NCBI GenBank assembly: GCA_965261395.1
Contig: OZ253462.1
Location: forward strand, 3,936,001-4,000,000
DNA length: 64,000 bases
Source of the DNA: Candidatus Latescibacterota bacterium
GTDB taxonomy: Bacteria > Latescibacterota > UBA2968 > UBA8231
Reading direction: 5' to 3'
Under the pieces are notes generated by a model. That model was given only the letters and a program-made list of their open reading frames with translations. It was not told the DNA's origin and did not search any database. How positions within the stretch are numbered: the first letter of the stretch is position 1; each line of letters opens with the position of its first letter. Positions 26,971-36,599 of this stretch are shown one piece after another. The translations under genes and the position numbers were made by a program.

Positions 26971-29682
26971 ATGAGCAGAAGACAAAAATTTGCCATACTG
27001 CTCGGCCTTGCGGTCGCCGGCGACAGCGCCGCGCAGGTCGAATACGGCAGTCGGCTGGGTTTGCAGCAGGGTGCGGAAGCCCGGCTGATGACCCTGAGTC
27101 CGGAGGTGTATCTGGCCGCGCTGGACCCGGCGGTGCGGCGCTGGTACGTGCCGCAGGAACTATACGGCGAATACCGCTGGCGGCAGTGGCAGTACACCAA
27201 TCGGGCGCGGCTGCCGTACCGGCGCTACGTGGAAGTCGATCTGCAAGGGGATTACTTCTACGACTTATATGGCAATTACCTGACCCAGGGCTGGCTGGTG
27301 TTCAACACCGCGCAGACGCGGCCCCAAGAGGCGGGCAGCACCCTGTTCAAGACGAATGTGTTCGAGCGGTGGTTCAATCAACTGGTGATCGCCGGGGATC
27401 GAAAGGGCCAGTATCACTACGCACTGACAGTGAGCAACAATCTGCGCACGACCCTGACGCCGCTGGCCTTTTCCAAGCCGCGCTTGAACGGATTCCAACT
27501 GGACTTGGCCATGGACAAGTATCAAATGACCTTCCTCCATTCGCTGATCTCAGGGCCGAGGGCCATCCAGGAGACAGAGCGGGCCTTTACGGACGCAACG
27601 TCTTTGGCAGGAGGCCGTTTTGTGGCGCAGGTGGGCGATTTTGTCGAGGTGGGTTTGCACGCGGTCAGCGCCCATCAAACGAATAGTGTGACGGACGAAC
27701 TCGTGGAGACCTTGTACAAGGGATCCTTGACCAACGAACAGAACCAGACGGTTGGGCAGATCGAGATCCAGTTGCGGGACGACTCGCCGGAGGACGGCCG
27801 CGGCGGGGCGGCCTTTTTCCCGGACGCCTCGGACGTGATCATCACCTATCGCGACGGCACCGTGGAGCAGGGCCGGGACATCCGCTTTGGTCCGGTGATT
27901 GAAGGGGGGTTGGAGCGGCGGGGGTTTCTCAGCGCGGATGGCGACGAGCAAATCAGCCTGCTCTACGATTTTGACAGTGCGTCGTTTGTCAACCGGGCTG
28001 CGGCCGACAAGTCGGAGATTGTCGCAGTAGAATTCCGGCTGGTGCTGGCCAACGACTACCAGGTATGGATGAGTTCCGACCGCCAGTTGGGGCTCCTCGA
28101 TCCGGGCGCGGGGGTGCGGGGACTGGGCGAAGAGGGCTTTACCCGGCTCGACGTAGCGCCGACGGAAAATCCCTTCTTTATGCTGGTGTCCCAAGCCCCG
28201 GACAATGTACAGGACATCTCCAATCTCGGCGTGGTCAGCTTTGCCTACGGTCTGCCCACCGCCACCACCGTGGCCGGCGGCTCTCTCCAGGTGCAGGATC
28301 TGCTCGGGTTCGACGTGTACGGCGAATACGACTTGAGCTGGAGCTGGCGTCAATACCCCAACGTCGCCGCGGAAACCCACACGGCCTCGGCCGGGATTAA
28401 AGGCCAATCCAGCGCGCCGGCCTGGATGCTCAATGTGCGCAAATCTTGGGCACCGTTTTTGTTGTTCGGCGAGTTGTATTCCATTGACCCGCGCTACAAC
28501 ACCCAAGCCTTTGTCACCACGACCTCGGGCCTCGACTACGCTCGGCAGGGCAACCGCTTTGATCTGGTCGAAGACAACGACGACCAAGACCGCTTCCCCG
28601 ATGCCTTCCGCGCCGATTTTTTAGTTGACGACCGGCAGGTCTTTCCCGGCTGGGATCTGAACAACGACTTGGTGCCCGACTTCAATCAAAACGACAACCG
28701 CGTCAAAACCAATGCCATCCCCGACTACCAAGAGCCCTTCCTGCGCTTCCAAGTGGACCGGCCCGAGTTCCTCTTTGGCGTGGACATGAATCACAACTTC
28801 TGGGTTGATCTGTACGAAAACGACACCGAGCCGGACTATCCCTACCGCCGCGATCAGGCCGGTTTTAATGTCTATGGCGGGGTGGGGTTAGGTCGGCACT
28901 GGGAGTTCAAGGTCGGTGCCTTGCGCGAGGAGCAGATTTCAGCCGACCGCCAGAATCACAGCACCTACGTGCAGGTAGGCTACGAGCAGGTGTGGCCGGA
29001 CTGGGGCCGAGTGCGGCTGTTTGAGATGAGCCAGGTGGTCGCGGACGACATTCCCAATCCGCTCTTGCAGTGGCAGCCGGACAACACCTTGCGAGGCGGA
29101 CAGTTGGCCCATTTGACCGATCCGCTGTTGGCGCGGGATACGTGGGTCAATCAGCTCTTTGTCGGACACAGCCTGACCAGCGAAAACCTCCAGGTGATGA
29201 GCAAGCTCAACTGGGTGCTTTTCCGGCAGTTGATGAGCGCACAGCGCCGCCAGCAGCACGCCTTGGCACCGTCGGACTTTTTCTTTGGCTTGATCAACAA
29301 AGCGAGCTACCGCTATGCTTGGCGGGGCGTGACCGTGGAGCCGCGCTGGAAGAGCGAATGGATTCAACAGAGCCGATCGCTGTTTGACCAGGCGAAGCAA
29401 ACGACGCTACTGGAGTTGGTTGCGGTGTTGTTGGAGACTCAGCTTTTGTCGGCGACCAAGGTGCAGGCTGGGGTGGAGTACGCCTTTTTCAACGATTTAG
29501 ATCGAGGTACAGAGGATTTTAACTCGCTGAGTTGGGCTTTTCAGTTGGCGACGGAATCGGCCTATCTAGGGTATCGGATCCAAGCCTTGGTCGGCTTTGT
29601 GGTGGAGCGCAAAGATTTTGCGGAGGCCGAGGCTCTCACGGCCACCCAGAGCTTTGTCACCCTCTATGCCGGGTTGCAGTAA
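26971..29682 (+). CDS. Large secreted protein, putative outer-membrane beta-barrel with Asp/Asn-rich Ca-binding-like loops
   Basis: Signal peptide ending SAA; alternating amphipathic strands in the C-terminal third, ending FVTLYAGLQ; DNDDQDRFPD, DLNNDLVPD and DMNHNFWVD loops. Confidence 0.65.
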   Translation: MSRRQKFAILLGLAVAGDSAAQVEYGSRLGLQQGAEARLMTLSPEVYLAALDPAVRRWYVPQELYGEYRWRQWQYTNRARLPYRRYVEVDLQGDYFYDLYGNYLTQGWLVFNTAQTRPQEAGSTLFKTNVFERWFNQLVIAGDRKGQYHYALTVSNNLRTTLTPLAFSKPRLNGFQLDLAMDKYQMTFLHSLISGPRAIQETERAFTDATSLAGGRFVAQVGDFVEVGLHAVSAHQTNSVTDELVETLYKGSLTNEQNQTVGQIEIQLRDDSPEDGRGGAAFFPDASDVIITYRDGTVEQGRDIRFGPVIEGGLERRGFLSADGDEQISLLYDFDSASFVNRAAADKSEIVAVEFRLVLANDYQVWMSSDRQLGLLDPGAGVRGLGEEGFTRLDVAPTENPFFMLVSQAPDNVQDISNLGVVSFAYGLPTATTVAGGSLQVQDLLGFDVYGEYDLSWSWRQYPNVAAETHTASAGIKGQSSAPAWMLNVRKSWAPFLLFGELYSIDPRYNTQAFVTTTSGLDYARQGNRFDLVEDNDDQDRFPDAFRADFLVDDRQVFPGWDLNNDLVPDFNQNDNRVKTNAIPDYQEPFLRFQVDRPEFLFGVDMNHNFWVDLYENDTEPDYPYRRDQAGFNVYGGVGLGRHWEFKVGALREEQISADRQNHSTYVQVGYEQVWPDWGRVRLFEMSQVVADDIPNPLLQWQPDNTLRGGQLAHLTDPLLARDTWVNQLFVGHSLTSENLQVMSKLNWVLFRQLMSAQRRQQHALAPSDFFFGLINKASYRYAWRGVTVEPRWKSEWIQQSRSLFDQAKQTTLLELVAVLLETQLLSATKVQAGVEYAFFNDLDRGTEDFNSLSWAFQLATESAYLGYRIQALVGFVVERKDFAEAEALTATQSFVTLYAGLQ

Positions 29683-29691
29683 GTCGAGAGC

Positions 29692-30837
29692 TTAGCGCGC
29701 TCCTTCCTCCCAAGACGGCAAGCTCAAACCGTCCTGATCCCAGACAATTTCGCCAGTCCGCAGGGTCATGCGGCCCTCTATCTTCTGGCTGCCCTGCAGA
29801 GTGCTGCGGGTGGCATCGACAAAACCAAAGTGGCCTTTATGGACGGCCAGCACCGCTACGTCGGCTTCAGCGCCTACGCTCAGGTGGCCCAATTCGGGCC
29901 GGCGAATGACTTCAGCGGGGCGCTGCGTCGAGCGATAAATGACCTCTTGCAGCGGCATTCCCAAGGCCAGCATTTTCGACATGGTGACATTCATGGTGGC
30001 ATTGGGCAACAGGCGGCTGCGGCGGTGCAAGTCGGTGCTGATGGTATCGGGCGGGAAGCCCTGGGCCATGGCTGGCACGGCAATGTGGAAGCGGAAGGAG
30101 GCGTTGCCGTGGCCCAAGTCGAAAATCACGCCGCGCTCGCGGGCCTGCCAGACAAAGTCAAAAATGCGGTCGTTGTCGTCGAGCATGGGCGTGCGCATGG
30201 AGTAGCAGTGGGTGTGGATGTCGCCGGGGCTGTAGCGGGCGAGCAACTCTGGGTACGTGCGGGTGGGCTTGGGCGAGAAATCGACCATGACAATGCTGCC
30301 GGCCCGCCGCGCCGCCTCAATGGCACCTCCGGTTGATTCCCATCCCGGCCCGCCAAAATGGGCCGACTTGACCCCGACTATGTGCTCGGGATAGCGCTCG
30401 ACCGCGGCGGCGCAGGGGATGGGGTCCATATCGGTGGTGTCCTGCTCGGGAGGGCCGGTCATGCCAGCGCCGACGATGTTGACAAAGGCGAGGACGCGGG
30501 TAATGGACTGGTCCATGATGGTCTCTTTGAAATCTACAATATCCTTGTACCCAGCACCGCCCGTATCGACGCAAGTGGTGACTCCGTGCGGCAGGTTGTG
30601 AGGGTCGGGGAACAGCCAGGCATTAAAGCCGCCGTACACGTGTAGATGGATGTCGATGAGGCCGGGGGTGACGTAGAGGCCGGCGACATCGGCTTGTCTT
30701 TCCGCGGTGCCGGGTAACTGCGGTCCCACAGCGGCGATTTTGCCGTCTTTGACAGCGAGGTCGGCCGGGCCGTCAAGGCCGTTTTTTGGATCGATGAGGT
30801 GGCCGTTTTTGAGCAGGACATCGTAGTGTGGAGGCAT
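29692..30837 (-). CDS. Amidohydrolase/deacetylase family metallohydrolase (dihydroorotase-like)
   Basis: PGLIDIHLH, GVTT.VDTGGAG, THC, DLGHG..SF and ISTDLH. Confidence 0.85.
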   Translation of the reverse strand: MPPHYDVLLKNGHLIDPKNGLDGPADLAVKDGKIAAVGPQLPGTAERQADVAGLYVTPGLIDIHLHVYGGFNAWLFPDPHNLPHGVTTCVDTGGAGYKDIVDFKETIMDQSITRVLAFVNIVGAGMTGPPEQDTTDMDPIPCAAAVERYPEHIVGVKSAHFGGPGWESTGGAIEAARRAGSIVMVDFSPKPTRTYPELLARYSPGDIHTHCYSMRTPMLDDNDRIFDFVWQARERGVIFDLGHGNASFRFHIAVPAMAQGFPPDTISTDLHRRSRLLPNATMNVTMSKMLALGMPLQEVIYRSTQRPAEVIRRPELGHLSVGAEADVAVLAVHKGHFGFVDATRSTLQGSQKIEGRMTLRTGEIVWDQDGLSLPSWEEGAR

Positions 30838-30871
30838 GGTGCTCCTTTTGGGATCGCCGAATAGAATGCTG

Positions 30872-31615
30872 TCAGTCGCCGGGGAAGTGCCCTTGGTACT
30901 CCAGACCCAGCAGCTCCCGGGACCGGGCTACGTTGCAGTACTTATCCGCGTCTGGGTGGCTAGCCGTGTGCATAATGTCGAAGTCAATGGTCTCGGATGT
31001 AAGCGCCAAGTGGCAGGCCTCTGCCAGATCGTGCCGGCAGACCCAGCTAATGCCGCCGTGGGCGGGGTGGCCGTCTCGACTGATCCCGAGCCTGCTGTCG
31101 CCAATGCTACAGGGCCGGAAAACGATGATCCTCAGGCCGTAGGCGTCGTGGAACTGGCGGCACATTTCCTCCTGCAGGCGCTTTGATATGCCGTACAGGC
31201 TTCCTTCCTTACTGCGCACCTCCGACGACAGGAAAACGCCGTCTGGATGTTGCACGACGCAGGAGCTCATATGCACCACTCGTTTGAGCTGGTGCCGCCG
31301 GGCCGACTCCAAGACATTCCACATCCCCTTGAGGTTGATGAGAAAGGGGTTCACATCAACCTCGGGCGGGTTCTCGTAGCCGAAGTAGGCGGCGAGATGG
31401 ACGACGCCATCCATACCTTCCAAGGTCCTATGGACGGCGTCGAAGTCGGCGATGTCCCCGTAGAGCTTTTCTCCCTCCCAGTCGCCGTCGAGTCGACGGT
31501 ACGTCGCCCAAGCTTCGGGGCTGTAATCGAAGGCGCGCACTTGGTGGCGACCGGCGAAGCTTTCCAGCACGGCCCGGCCGACCCACCCAGCGGCACCCAT
31601 AATGGCCACTTTCAC
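30872..31615 (-). CDS. NAD-dependent epimerase/dehydratase (uronate dehydrogenase-like extended SDR)
   Basis: GAAGWVG, HLAA and YGISK (YxxxK); GTG start after AGGAGG. Confidence 0.85.
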   Translation of the reverse strand: MKVAIMGAAGWVGRAVLESFAGRHQVRAFDYSPEAWATYRRLDGDWEGEKLYGDIADFDAVHRTLEGMDGVVHLAAYFGYENPPEVDVNPFLINLKGMWNVLESARRHQLKRVVHMSSCVVQHPDGVFLSSEVRSKEGSLYGISKRLQEEMCRQFHDAYGLRIIVFRPCSIGDSRLGISRDGHPAHGGISWVCRHDLAEACHLALTSETIDFDIMHTASHPDADKYCNVARSRELLGLEYQGHFPGD

Positions 31616-31685
31616 AAGCACTCCTCCTGAGAAAGGATGTCATAGCCGGGGACCTGCGACCGGCGGCGGGCGAGTAGCTCCGCAG

Positions 31686-32666
31686 TCATTCGCTGTACAC
31701 CGCCTCGATCAGGCCCCTCATGTAGCCAATGGCGTAGAGACGCTCCATCGAGTGCACATCGACGAAGTCTTCGTAGGTTAGCTGTGGGAAATGGTCGGGG
31801 CGGGCGACCCCCTCGTACCCCGTGTCGCGATAGGCCCTGACACAGGCCGCCATGTCGTGCTTGCCGTCGTCGTGGAAGGCCTCGTCGAACTTCTCCGGCG
31901 TGCCCCGGATGTCGCGGAAATGGACGAAGTGGATCTTCTGCTGCTCGCCGAAATGGCGAATGACGCTCGGCAGGTCGTCGGTCATAAGGCCGAAGTTGCC
32001 CTGACAGAGGCCGATGCCGTTTGCCGGGCTGGGAACGAGATCGACCATCTTCTGGTAGTTCTCAACGCTGCTGATAATGCGGGCGATGCCCTGGATCGGC
32101 GACAGGGGCGGGTCATCGGGATGCATGGCGAGCTTGACGTTCGCCTCTTCGGCGACCGGGACAACGCGCTCGAGGAAGTATTTCAGGTTGTCCCACTGGT
32201 CCTCCTCGGTGACTTCGCCATGCTCGCCTGCAGGGTGGGTCTTGTTGAACTCCTCGAGGTCAAAGCCGGTCACCTTGGCACCGCCGCGCGTCGGGATTTC
32301 GGACGACGTGCGAATCACGAAGAGGGTCGGCATCCACGCAGGGCACCATACCGGGATGCCGACCGCCCCCATGTTGCGGATGAACTCGCAGACGACGGCG
32401 ATCTCTTCGTCGCGTCCCGGCTGGGCCAGTTTGATCTTCTCCATGGGTGGACGGCTTTCAATGACCGATAGCTGATAGCCGTTTTTCTCGTACTGCGCCT
32501 TGAAGCGGGCTAGGGACTGGCGGCTGAACGGCTGCGCTTCGTCGGCGATCGGTTTATCCGGTATCGGCGCGAGGCCGAAGGTGCCGACGGCATGCTCGAC
32601 GCCGCATTGGGTGCCGAAGGTCGATACGGCGCTGGCGTCTGGTCCGAGTGCCAAAGCGATTTTCAT
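31686..32666 (-). CDS. uxuA: Mannonate dehydratase family protein
   Basis: NLKYFLERVVPVAEE, AMHPDDPP, IHFVHFRD and RPDH motifs. Confidence 0.85.
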   Translation of the reverse strand: MKIALALGPDASAVSTFGTQCGVEHAVGTFGLAPIPDKPIADEAQPFSRQSLARFKAQYEKNGYQLSVIESRPPMEKIKLAQPGRDEEIAVVCEFIRNMGAVGIPVWCPAWMPTLFVIRTSSEIPTRGGAKVTGFDLEEFNKTHPAGEHGEVTEEDQWDNLKYFLERVVPVAEEANVKLAMHPDDPPLSPIQGIARIISSVENYQKMVDLVPSPANGIGLCQGNFGLMTDDLPSVIRHFGEQQKIHFVHFRDIRGTPEKFDEAFHDDGKHDMAACVRAYRDTGYEGVARPDHFPQLTYEDFVDVHSMERLYAIGYMRGLIEAVYSE

Positions 32667-32731
32667 ATCTCTTCCTTTCGTTCTGTTTCGAGGATAACGG
32701 CGATACTGCTCCGCGATACAGTAGCAAGGGT

Positions 32732-32760
32732 ATTATAGCGGGCGGCCCTTCCTCTTTCAA
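32732..32760 (-). promoter_or_regulatory. Sigma70 promoter for the uxuA operon
   Basis: Reverse strand TTGAAA-17 bp-TATAAT. Confidence 0.75.
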
Positions 32761-32850
32761 GGCGGCTTGCCCTGTCTATCCTCAGGGGTATAGATTGACC
32801 AGATCAGTTTTCGTCCTCGCGTCTCAACAATACTCAGGAGCCTATTATCC

Positions 32851-33891
32851 ATGACTGACCCGATCAAAGTCGCCGTGCTGGGCATGGCCCACGATCACTT
32901 GTGGGGCAACCTCAGGGAACTAGCCGATCAGGAAGGAGCCCTCCTCGTAGGGGGTGCCGACCCCAACCCCGTACTCCAGGACCGCTTCCGCGAGCGCTCG
33001 GGCTGCGACCAAGTGTACGGCGACTACGAAGCCCTGCTCGACGCGCAAACCCCCGACGCAGTGTTCGTCTTTTCGGCGACTGCGCATCACGCTCCCATCG
33101 TCGAGCTGTGCGCGGCCCGGGGCATTCACGTGATGGTCGAGAAACCCATGGCCGCCACCCTCGAACAGGCCGACCGCATGCTGACCGCGGCCCAGCGCCA
33201 CCAGATTTGTCTGATGGTCAACTGGCCGACGGCTTGGTCGCGGCCCTTGCACACGGCCCACCGCCTCGTCGGAGAAGGGGCCATTGGGCAATTGTGGCAG
33301 CTCACTTGGCGCGGCGGCCACTGCGGCCCCGACGAATTGGGCTGCTCCGACGAATTCTGCGGCTTCCTCTTTGATCCCCAGCTCAACGGGGCCGGGGCCT
33401 TCAACGACTACAGCGGGTACGGTGCCAGCCTGTGCGTCCACTTTTTGGGCCGGCCGCACAGCGTCGTGGCCATGGCCGGCCGCTTGCTCAAGACCCATTT
33501 GCCGGTTGACGACAACGGCATTATGGTGCTGCGCTACCCCGAGGCTCTGTGCCGCTTGGAAATGACTTGGACCGAAGCCGTGCCCCACGTGCCGTCCCAC
33601 GACGTGGTGCTCTACGGCACGGAGGGGACTATAGTGGTGGGGAATCAGGTGACTGTGCATACCCGCCAGAATCGCGAGGGAACAGAGGCGGAGCTCGACG
33701 AATTGTCCGTCTCCGAGCGCAATGCCGCCACGCATTTTCTCCACTGCATCCGCTCGGGCCAGCCGCCCGAGGGCACGACCAACGCTACCCAATCGCGCTA
33801 CGCCCAGGAGATTATGGAAGCCGGCTTACAGGCGGCCACCTCGGGCGTGGAAGTGAGCCTGCCCATTGAGGGCCATTTGTTCCGCGCATAA
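32851..33891 (+). CDS. Gfo/Idh/MocA family oxidoreductase
   Basis: VAVLG..H.H, HVMVEKPMA and GAGA..D...YG. Confidence 0.9.
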   Translation: MTDPIKVAVLGMAHDHLWGNLRELADQEGALLVGGADPNPVLQDRFRERSGCDQVYGDYEALLDAQTPDAVFVFSATAHHAPIVELCAARGIHVMVEKPMAATLEQADRMLTAAQRHQICLMVNWPTAWSRPLHTAHRLVGEGAIGQLWQLTWRGGHCGPDELGCSDEFCGFLFDPQLNGAGAFNDYSGYGASLCVHFLGRPHSVVAMAGRLLKTHLPVDDNGIMVLRYPEALCRLEMTWTEAVPHVPSHDVVLYGTEGTIVVGNQVTVHTRQNREGTEAELDELSVSERNAATHFLHCIRSGQPPEGTTNATQSRYAQEIMEAGLQAATSGVEVSLPIEGHLFRA

Positions 33892-33931
33892 CACGTGATT
33901 CGCTCAATATCTACACTCGACAGGAGACCAC

Positions 33932-34624
33932 ATGACCCCTTCCCACTGGCGCAATATTCTGCACCACGACGACGAACCCGACGAGGCCATGCAACACATC
34001 GACGCCCAGGTCGTTCCGCTGGAGGAGCTGCCCGACGCGGTGCGCCACATCCGCGCCCTGATCTCGCGTTTCGACTCGCTGACCCACTACTGCGCTTTTG
34101 ACAACCTCGACTTGATCGTCCGCGCCATCGGCGAGGGCACCTACGTCGGACGCCCGGCCGTCGATGTGCTCACCCGAGCTTGGGAAATGGACGACCAGCG
34201 CCGGGGTCAGGCCAAGATGTATGTGCAAACTCTGCAAGCTTGGTCTGAAGGCAAGTCTGTGGAAGAAGCTCAGCAGGTGGCTGGCGATTCGGAACTGTGT
34301 GCCGAGTTGTACGGCATTTTGGGTCCGCCTGCAGAGCACAAGGTTTGGTTGGCGGCTTCCTTAGCCCATACCCTCAAAGCCTTCGCCTACGAGGCCCAAG
34401 ACTTGCTCGACAAAGCGGCCGAGGCGGATTTCGTGCACGGGGTTTACCGCGCGGCGCTCGGTCGCGACCCCTCGCCCGACGACTTGCAAAACCGCCTAGC
34501 CGAACTAGCCGGTGGCAAAAGCCGGGATCATTTCATCCGCGAGGTCTTTGACTCGGCCGAAAGCCGCCAGCGCCAACAGTGGCAAGTGCTGGAAAAGCTG
34601 AACGCCGACGAGAATGAGGGATGA
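33932..34624 (+). CDS. Hypothetical protein with a C-terminal DUF4214-like domain
   Basis: FV..VY...LGR.P.......L..G.SR......F.S.E pattern; AGGAG RBS. Confidence 0.65.
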   Translation: MTPSHWRNILHHDDEPDEAMQHIDAQVVPLEELPDAVRHIRALISRFDSLTHYCAFDNLDLIVRAIGEGTYVGRPAVDVLTRAWEMDDQRRGQAKMYVQTLQAWSEGKSVEEAQQVAGDSELCAELYGILGPPAEHKVWLAASLAHTLKAFAYEAQDLLDKAAEADFVHGVYRAALGRDPSPDDLQNRLAELAGGKSRDHFIREVFDSAESRQRQQWQVLEKLNADENEG

Positions 34625-34778
34625 TAGGCGCGGATGATCGCCAAAAGGTGGAGAAATCCTAAAAACAGTGCTCTCTAAAGTGCACTTTATTGTTGCGTAT
34701 ATTAGCTGTGGAACCGCATCGCCTTGCCGCTGGAGACAGCGCAATTATTTTGCAACCTATTCCAAGGAGGGGTTTGTC

Positions 34779-35561
34779 ATGCGTTTAATGAGCTTATTGT
34801 TCAGTGTGGTCTCTATGCTGCTGTTGGCAAATTCTGTTTACGGCCAAGAGAAGAACAGGATTCTCTTTGGATCAGACCGCGATGGCACGCCTGAGATCTA
34901 TGTGATGGATGCAGATGGGGCCAACCTAGTCCGACTCACTACGGATGCTTGGGTGCAGATTTTACCTGTGACGGAAGTCGCTAGCCTTGCTTGGTCCCCT
35001 GATGGAACGAAAATAGCCTTTATAGCAAATCGAGGGGGTGATCGGCGGATATTTGTGATGAATGCGGATGGGACTGACCTCGTTAGATTGACGGATCATC
35101 ACGCTGGGAACGGATCGCCGGTGTGGTCGCCGGATGGACGCCAGATCGCCTTCACATCACGACACTTCGGCAATGATGAGATTTATATAATTGATCCAGA
35201 CGCCAGGGAGCGGCGCTATTTTCGCAAGGATGGGGCAGAAGTGAGCGCAGAGGACTACAATAAACTCTTACCTTTCTTGAAAGGGCAGGTGATTACAGGG
35301 GCTGTGGATCCCCTCAATGTGACCAACCACCCAGCCGATGATGGGTCTCCGGTTTGGTCGCCAGACGGAACCCAAATTGCCTTTACCTCAACCCGCGATG
35401 ACAATGGAGAAATCTTTGTAATGAATGCGGACGGGACCAACCCGATCAACATAACCAATCATCCGGCGGGAGACGGTTCCCCCGCATGGTACCCCATTGG
35501 CGCTATGATAACGAATATTGAAGCAAAGTCGTGGGGACAGATTAAAGCCCAAGCGCATTGA
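34779..35561 (+). CDS. Secreted TolB-like (PD40/WD40-like repeat) protein with C-terminal SWGxIK motif
   Basis: AAGGAGG RBS; signal peptide; repeated P.WSPDG..IAF.S.R.G..EI.VM.ADG; ends IEAKSWGQIKAQAH. Confidence 0.9.
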   Translation: MRLMSLLFSVVSMLLLANSVYGQEKNRILFGSDRDGTPEIYVMDADGANLVRLTTDAWVQILPVTEVASLAWSPDGTKIAFIANRGGDRRIFVMNADGTDLVRLTDHHAGNGSPVWSPDGRQIAFTSRHFGNDEIYIIDPDARERRYFRKDGAEVSAEDYNKLLPFLKGQVITGAVDPLNVTNHPADDGSPVWSPDGTQIAFTSTRDDNGEIFVMNADGTNPINITNHPAGDGSPAWYPIGAMITNIEAKSWGQIKAQAH

Positions 35562-35649
35562 CGAGAGAGAATATCTATTTGCTGCAACCGCGCGAGGGCC
35601 TGAAGCAGGGTCGCATCACCCCGCCGAGTGGGTGAAAGAGGAGTCGGAC

Positions 35650-36558
35650 ATGGGCGTTTTCCCCGATGCGGCCCTGCGCCGGACGGCCGCGGCCTTTGAC
35701 GGCCGCATGGGCTGGCATCTAGAAGACCTAGCTACTGGCCAGGTGCATCAGTACAGAGCTGACGAGCGCTTTCCCACGGCCTCGGTCATCAAAATTGCCG
35801 TATTGGTCGAGTTGTTCCACCAGGCCGAGGTAGGACGGCTGTCGCAGGACGACCGGCACCGACTGCGGGGCGATATTTCAACGCACGGCTCGGGGGTGTT
35901 GCAAATCGCCCGCGACGAGCCCGAGTTGACCCTGCGCGACTACGCCCGCCTGATGATGGGCATCAGCGACAACATTGCCACTGATTTCCTCATGGGGCTG
36001 CTGGGGCTGGACCAGATCAACGCCACCCTCGACCGATTGGGCTGTGCCAATGTGCGGGCCACCGCGACCATGGGCCGCTATCACTACCGCATGGTAGGGA
36101 TGGACGAGATGCCCACCAATCGGGCCAACGATGCAGTGTACAGAGAGCGGGTCAGCACTCGGGGCCTTGACTACGGCAGCGTGTCCTTTGGGGATTCGCT
36201 GGAAAATAACGTGGCCGCCCCCGGCGAGTTGGCCTCTTTATTGGCGGCTATGTACCGCGGACAGGTCGTCAGTGCGGCGGCCTCCAAAGCCATGATCGAG
36301 TTGCTCAAAACCGGCCGGGATACCCGCATGATCCGGCGCTACCTAAAGCCGGATGTGGTGGTGGCGCACAAGTACGGCTCCAGCGGTATCATCAAAGGGG
36401 ATGCTGGCCTCGTGTTTTTGCCAACAGGGCCCTTGGTCGTGGTGGCCTTTGCCCTAGCCCGCAGCGACGGACCCGCCGCTGCCGAGGCCATTGCCCAGGT
36501 CACCCGCTTGGCCGTGGAGGCGCTGGCTCTCGAGTGCGCGGTGGACAATAGCAGTTAG
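35650..36558 (+). CDS. Class A beta-lactamase-like serine hydrolase (no signal peptide)
   Basis: FPTASVIK (SxxK), SDN and HKYG (variant of KTG). Confidence 0.85.
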   Translation: MGVFPDAALRRTAAAFDGRMGWHLEDLATGQVHQYRADERFPTASVIKIAVLVELFHQAEVGRLSQDDRHRLRGDISTHGSGVLQIARDEPELTLRDYARLMMGISDNIATDFLMGLLGLDQINATLDRLGCANVRATATMGRYHYRMVGMDEMPTNRANDAVYRERVSTRGLDYGSVSFGDSLENNVAAPGELASLLAAMYRGQVVSAAASKAMIELLKTGRDTRMIRRYLKPDVVVAHKYGSSGIIKGDAGLVFLPTGPLVVVAFALARSDGPAAAEAIAQVTRLAVEALALECAVDNSS

Positions 36559-36599
36559 TGGGGGACCATGCGATTCAGTTTTTACCCTAGGAGGGACTC

